Shown here piece by piece: positions 61,153-64,000 of a stretch of DNA of 64,000 nucleotides (position 1 is its first letter; each line of letters begins with the position of its first letter). The translations under genes and the position numbers were made by a program. The DNA lies in assembly GCA_028534125.1 (NCBI GenBank), contig CM052816.1, positions 80,168,001 to 80,232,000 on the forward strand, in the 5' to 3' direction. Origin of the DNA: Lama glama. Its lineage: Eukaryota. A model generated the notes under the pieces. The model was not told the DNA's origin, did no database searches, and saw only the letters and a list, made by a program, of their open reading frames with translations.

Positions 61153-61656
61153 TGTTGATGAAAATTCAATAAACTGTCAAGAAGAAAAAAAAAGGGAATT
61201 TTACTGCAGCCAAACTGAGGATTCTGACTCAGAAACAGACTCCCGGAAAGTTCTAAGAACTGTTCTTCCTGTTAGAAGTCGAAGGCTCAGTCATGTACAT
61301 TTTCAAGATAAAGGATCATACATTAAAGTGACAACTGATCTTTCACATGAAGTTCACCAAGGATACAGAGTCCAGGTAAGCCCATAAAAAGCGGGCAGCG
61401 AGTCACCATGACCTCCTACAGAGCTGGGAAGAACGCTATTCTTTTAAGAAGTAACATTACTAGCATCAGAAGAAAGACACAAAAGTTTATCTTTACAGTC
61501 AAGCAGGCCCTCCCCTCTTTGAGGTGCTCTGGATAATGTAATGCAGATGCACAATGCACATTAGGGATGGAGGGAGGAGGCCCGGACAAACACAGAGAGA
61601 GAATGGACGCTTAAGTTTTTCTTGTCCTACCTTAAAATGGAAGTTGCATTTCATCA
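61153..61656 (-). mobile_element. ERV1 solo LTR (related to LTR A)
   Basis: Termini tgttgatgaaaa...tttcatca; TSD atat/acat. Confidence 0.82.
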
Positions 61657-62394
61657 ACATGAAGGCTGAGTACTGTTCCAAGTGTGGTCTTTGGACCACT
61701 GCTTGTCACATCTCAGTCATGTGGTTAGCAGGTAGTATGACAGTTTTAGGGAAAAAATTAGCTGGTGTATAAAAATCTCACAGATTTTGAAATGCAAGAT
61801 GAAATATTATCCCAGAAATACCCTAGCATTCTTAAAAAGTGTGAACCCAAGGTTTGTATTGGTTTGCTGGGCTCTGGTCATGTTCAGTTCAGGATGTGGT
61901 TGGAGTCTGCTGTTGGCATTAATAGTTTATTGCTGATGCTTGTTCAATTTGCATTTTTTTATTATTATTTTTTGGTCTGTATTATACCCCAATTCATAAA
62001 AGTGCATTAATTACCTGGAATGGTTCACTAGAATATAAAAGTCATGATAAAAATTCATGAGTAAAATTCTACAACCCAGAATAATGTCAAAATTTTTTTA
62101 AAGATGAAGCAGGACTTAGGAGTAAGTGTTGAATATAAATCTGTGTGTTCTGGGACAGGTAAACCAGTGTGATAAATACACACAAGCAGTCGTAAGAGAA
62201 GTGCAAAGTGGCTGTATTGTGACAAATACCTACTGTTGTACTTTGTTGATTCTGTATTCATTCAGTCCCCCTTTCTTCCTCCTTTTGGATATATTGTCTC
62301 TTGTGAAACTACAACATAATGGCTTGGAACTCATCAAAGCCTTGCATAACTTGCAATCAAAGCAGAGACTCTTTTCTAGTAAACCAATTAAAAA

Positions 62395-62495
62395 TTTTTG
62401 GAACAAGTGTAAAATCATGCATTTCAGGGTCAAATGGATGGATGCTGTCCCTAACTTGGAGAAGAGAGGTCTCTGAAATTCTAGTGACAACAACC
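62395..62495 (+). mobile_element. CR1/L3 ORF2 fragment
   Basis: The translation NKCKIMHF resembles the CR1 motif KCKVLHLG, followed by a remnant resembling EKDLGVLVD. Confidence 0.5.
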
Positions 62496-63874
62496 AAGTT
62501 AGGTGATACACCCCAGAGTAGTTTGTTACCTAGAACCATGACCATTTGAACAGAATGACCAGATTATGAGGGGTGGATGTCAGGGGGCCAGGAACTCTGT
62601 TATCCCAAGGCTGAGCAGCTGTCTCCCAGCTGCTGTGTGTTTCAGCGTTGAAGACAGATGCACGTATGCAGATTTCCCACTGCACATTGGAAAATACGCG
62701 ATTTTCATGGGCATAACTGCCGCAGCATTGTGTCTGTCTCTGGAACTTTGATTTATTGGTGAAGGCTTCATGGACTTAGAAAACAGATGTGGACCACCCA
62801 GCACTGACAGGGGTATAAACCCATGTCAGTGATGAATGTGCATCCTTACGCTCCTTGCTGTGAATTGAAAATCCTTCTACAGCAGGGACTGTGAGTCTGA
62901 TCATGTTGACAATCTACCCCTCCCTCTCATGCCTGAGCCCCTAGGCAGAACATAGTTAACAATACTCTGGCCAGTTTAGAATCTACCCCTTGTATGTGAG
63001 TCCACGGATATTTCACACAAGGATCAACTTTGGCCTTGAATTCCTCATCTTTGCTGATTGACTTTTGTCATGGTATTGGCTGAGCCATGCCCCTACCCTG
63101 TCCATATAGTGAGAAGTCCCCACTATGTGTAGTCCTGGTGGGGCTCAATGCCCAACGTCCACTATAACACTTGAACTATAGAAGTTTCCACTTCTCCCCA
63201 CTCTTTGCTAGCCTGGAATGGGTGTATGTGTGGCTTAGAATCAGGCAAGACTTGAATTTGGAAAAAAGTGACAAAAAACAAGGGGTCAGTTAAGATTTAG
63301 TCATGGTGGCTTTACGGGTATCCAGGAGCAGACAGGATCTGACTCCAGGACAGTGACAGTACAGCCTTATGTTTCCTATGGCAAGATAACCCCTTAATGT
63401 CCTGTGTAGGACCCTCTATACTGCCTTCCTAGCATGTTTCCAGTCAATTGTGTGAATATTTCACAACTTCCCAATGAGAGTCTTTTCTGCCTAAGACATC
63501 CTGTGATGGTTCCCATTGCTTACTTTCATCCACATCTCTGATTGATACACATGCTTTTTGGTCTGTGTATGGTGGGAAACAGGGTGATGGTAATCAAAAA
63601 GGAGGAGGAGGGAGAAGAGAAAAAGGCAGAGGAAGAAGAGGAGATAAATAAAAATATCATGATGTACAGATGAAAACAAAAAGAAGACAAATTCCTATTT
63701 ATGAAATAGATGAAAAATTCAGATTCCCGCAGCTCTTTTAGGAGCATCAACTGTTGTCCTTTTTTTTTTTTACTGTATCTTTCCATGTATTGATAATATT
63801 CCTTATAAGTTATAGAGAAATCTGTTCCTTAATTCAGTCCAGAAGACCCTGGACAGATCAGGATTAGAATAGAC

Positions 63875-64000
63875 CGGGGTCTCTGGCCTAAGGACCTCTC
63901 TCTGTTTTTGTAAACAGTTTCTTCAGGACACAGCCATGCCTAATCACCCCCAGATCGTCTATGGCTGCTTTCAAACTGCAATGGCAGAGCTGAGGAGTCG
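63875..64000. mobile_element. MER58A-like hAT MITE (runs off the window)
   Basis: Motif tgtttttgtaaacagttt...acacagccatgc...gtctatggctgcttt...aatggcagagctgag. Confidence 0.7.

Noticed and set aside
1..64000. ORFs in the six-frame track as protein-coding genes
   Set aside because: They are short, often start at non-ATG codons, overlap on both strands and largely lie within repeats. None resembles a cellular protein I recognise; only L1 ORF2 and CR1 remnants are identifiable. Small spliced exons cannot be fully excluded without alignment.

Overview
This is mammalian non-coding DNA, most likely from a camelid. That call rests on four Vic-1-like tRNA-Ala-derived SINEs and cetartiodactyl-type L1 3' ends. 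I could not support any protein-coding exon, intact RNA gene or CRISPR-like array. The ORF track is noise, apart from decayed L1 ORF2 and CR1/L3 remnants. The window is dense in transposon fossils: ERV1 solo LTRs, MaLR/ERVL LTRs, L1 3' ends, MIR/L2/L3, and hAT and Tc1/mariner MITEs. A 500-N scaffold gap lies at 39119-39618. The best observations come from reading target-site duplications (TSDs). (1) A ~3 kb GC-rich polyadenylated retro-insert of unknown origin (52026-55031) sits inside a MER31-like LTR, itself inside a MER34-like LTR. (2) A tailless tRNA-Gln(CTG) 5'-fragment retropseudogene has an 11-bp TSD. (3) A SINE appears to have carried ~130 bp of 3' flank (3' transduction). (4) Two L1s are twin-primed (5'-inverted). 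(5) A four-level nest of six transposons spans 47-50 kb. There are also a candidate promoter at ~25.7 kb, a CpG-rich edge beside the gap, and three strong CTCF motifs. Repeat family names come from remembered consensus sequences, not from a database search. I found no evidence of a novel multi-gene system.
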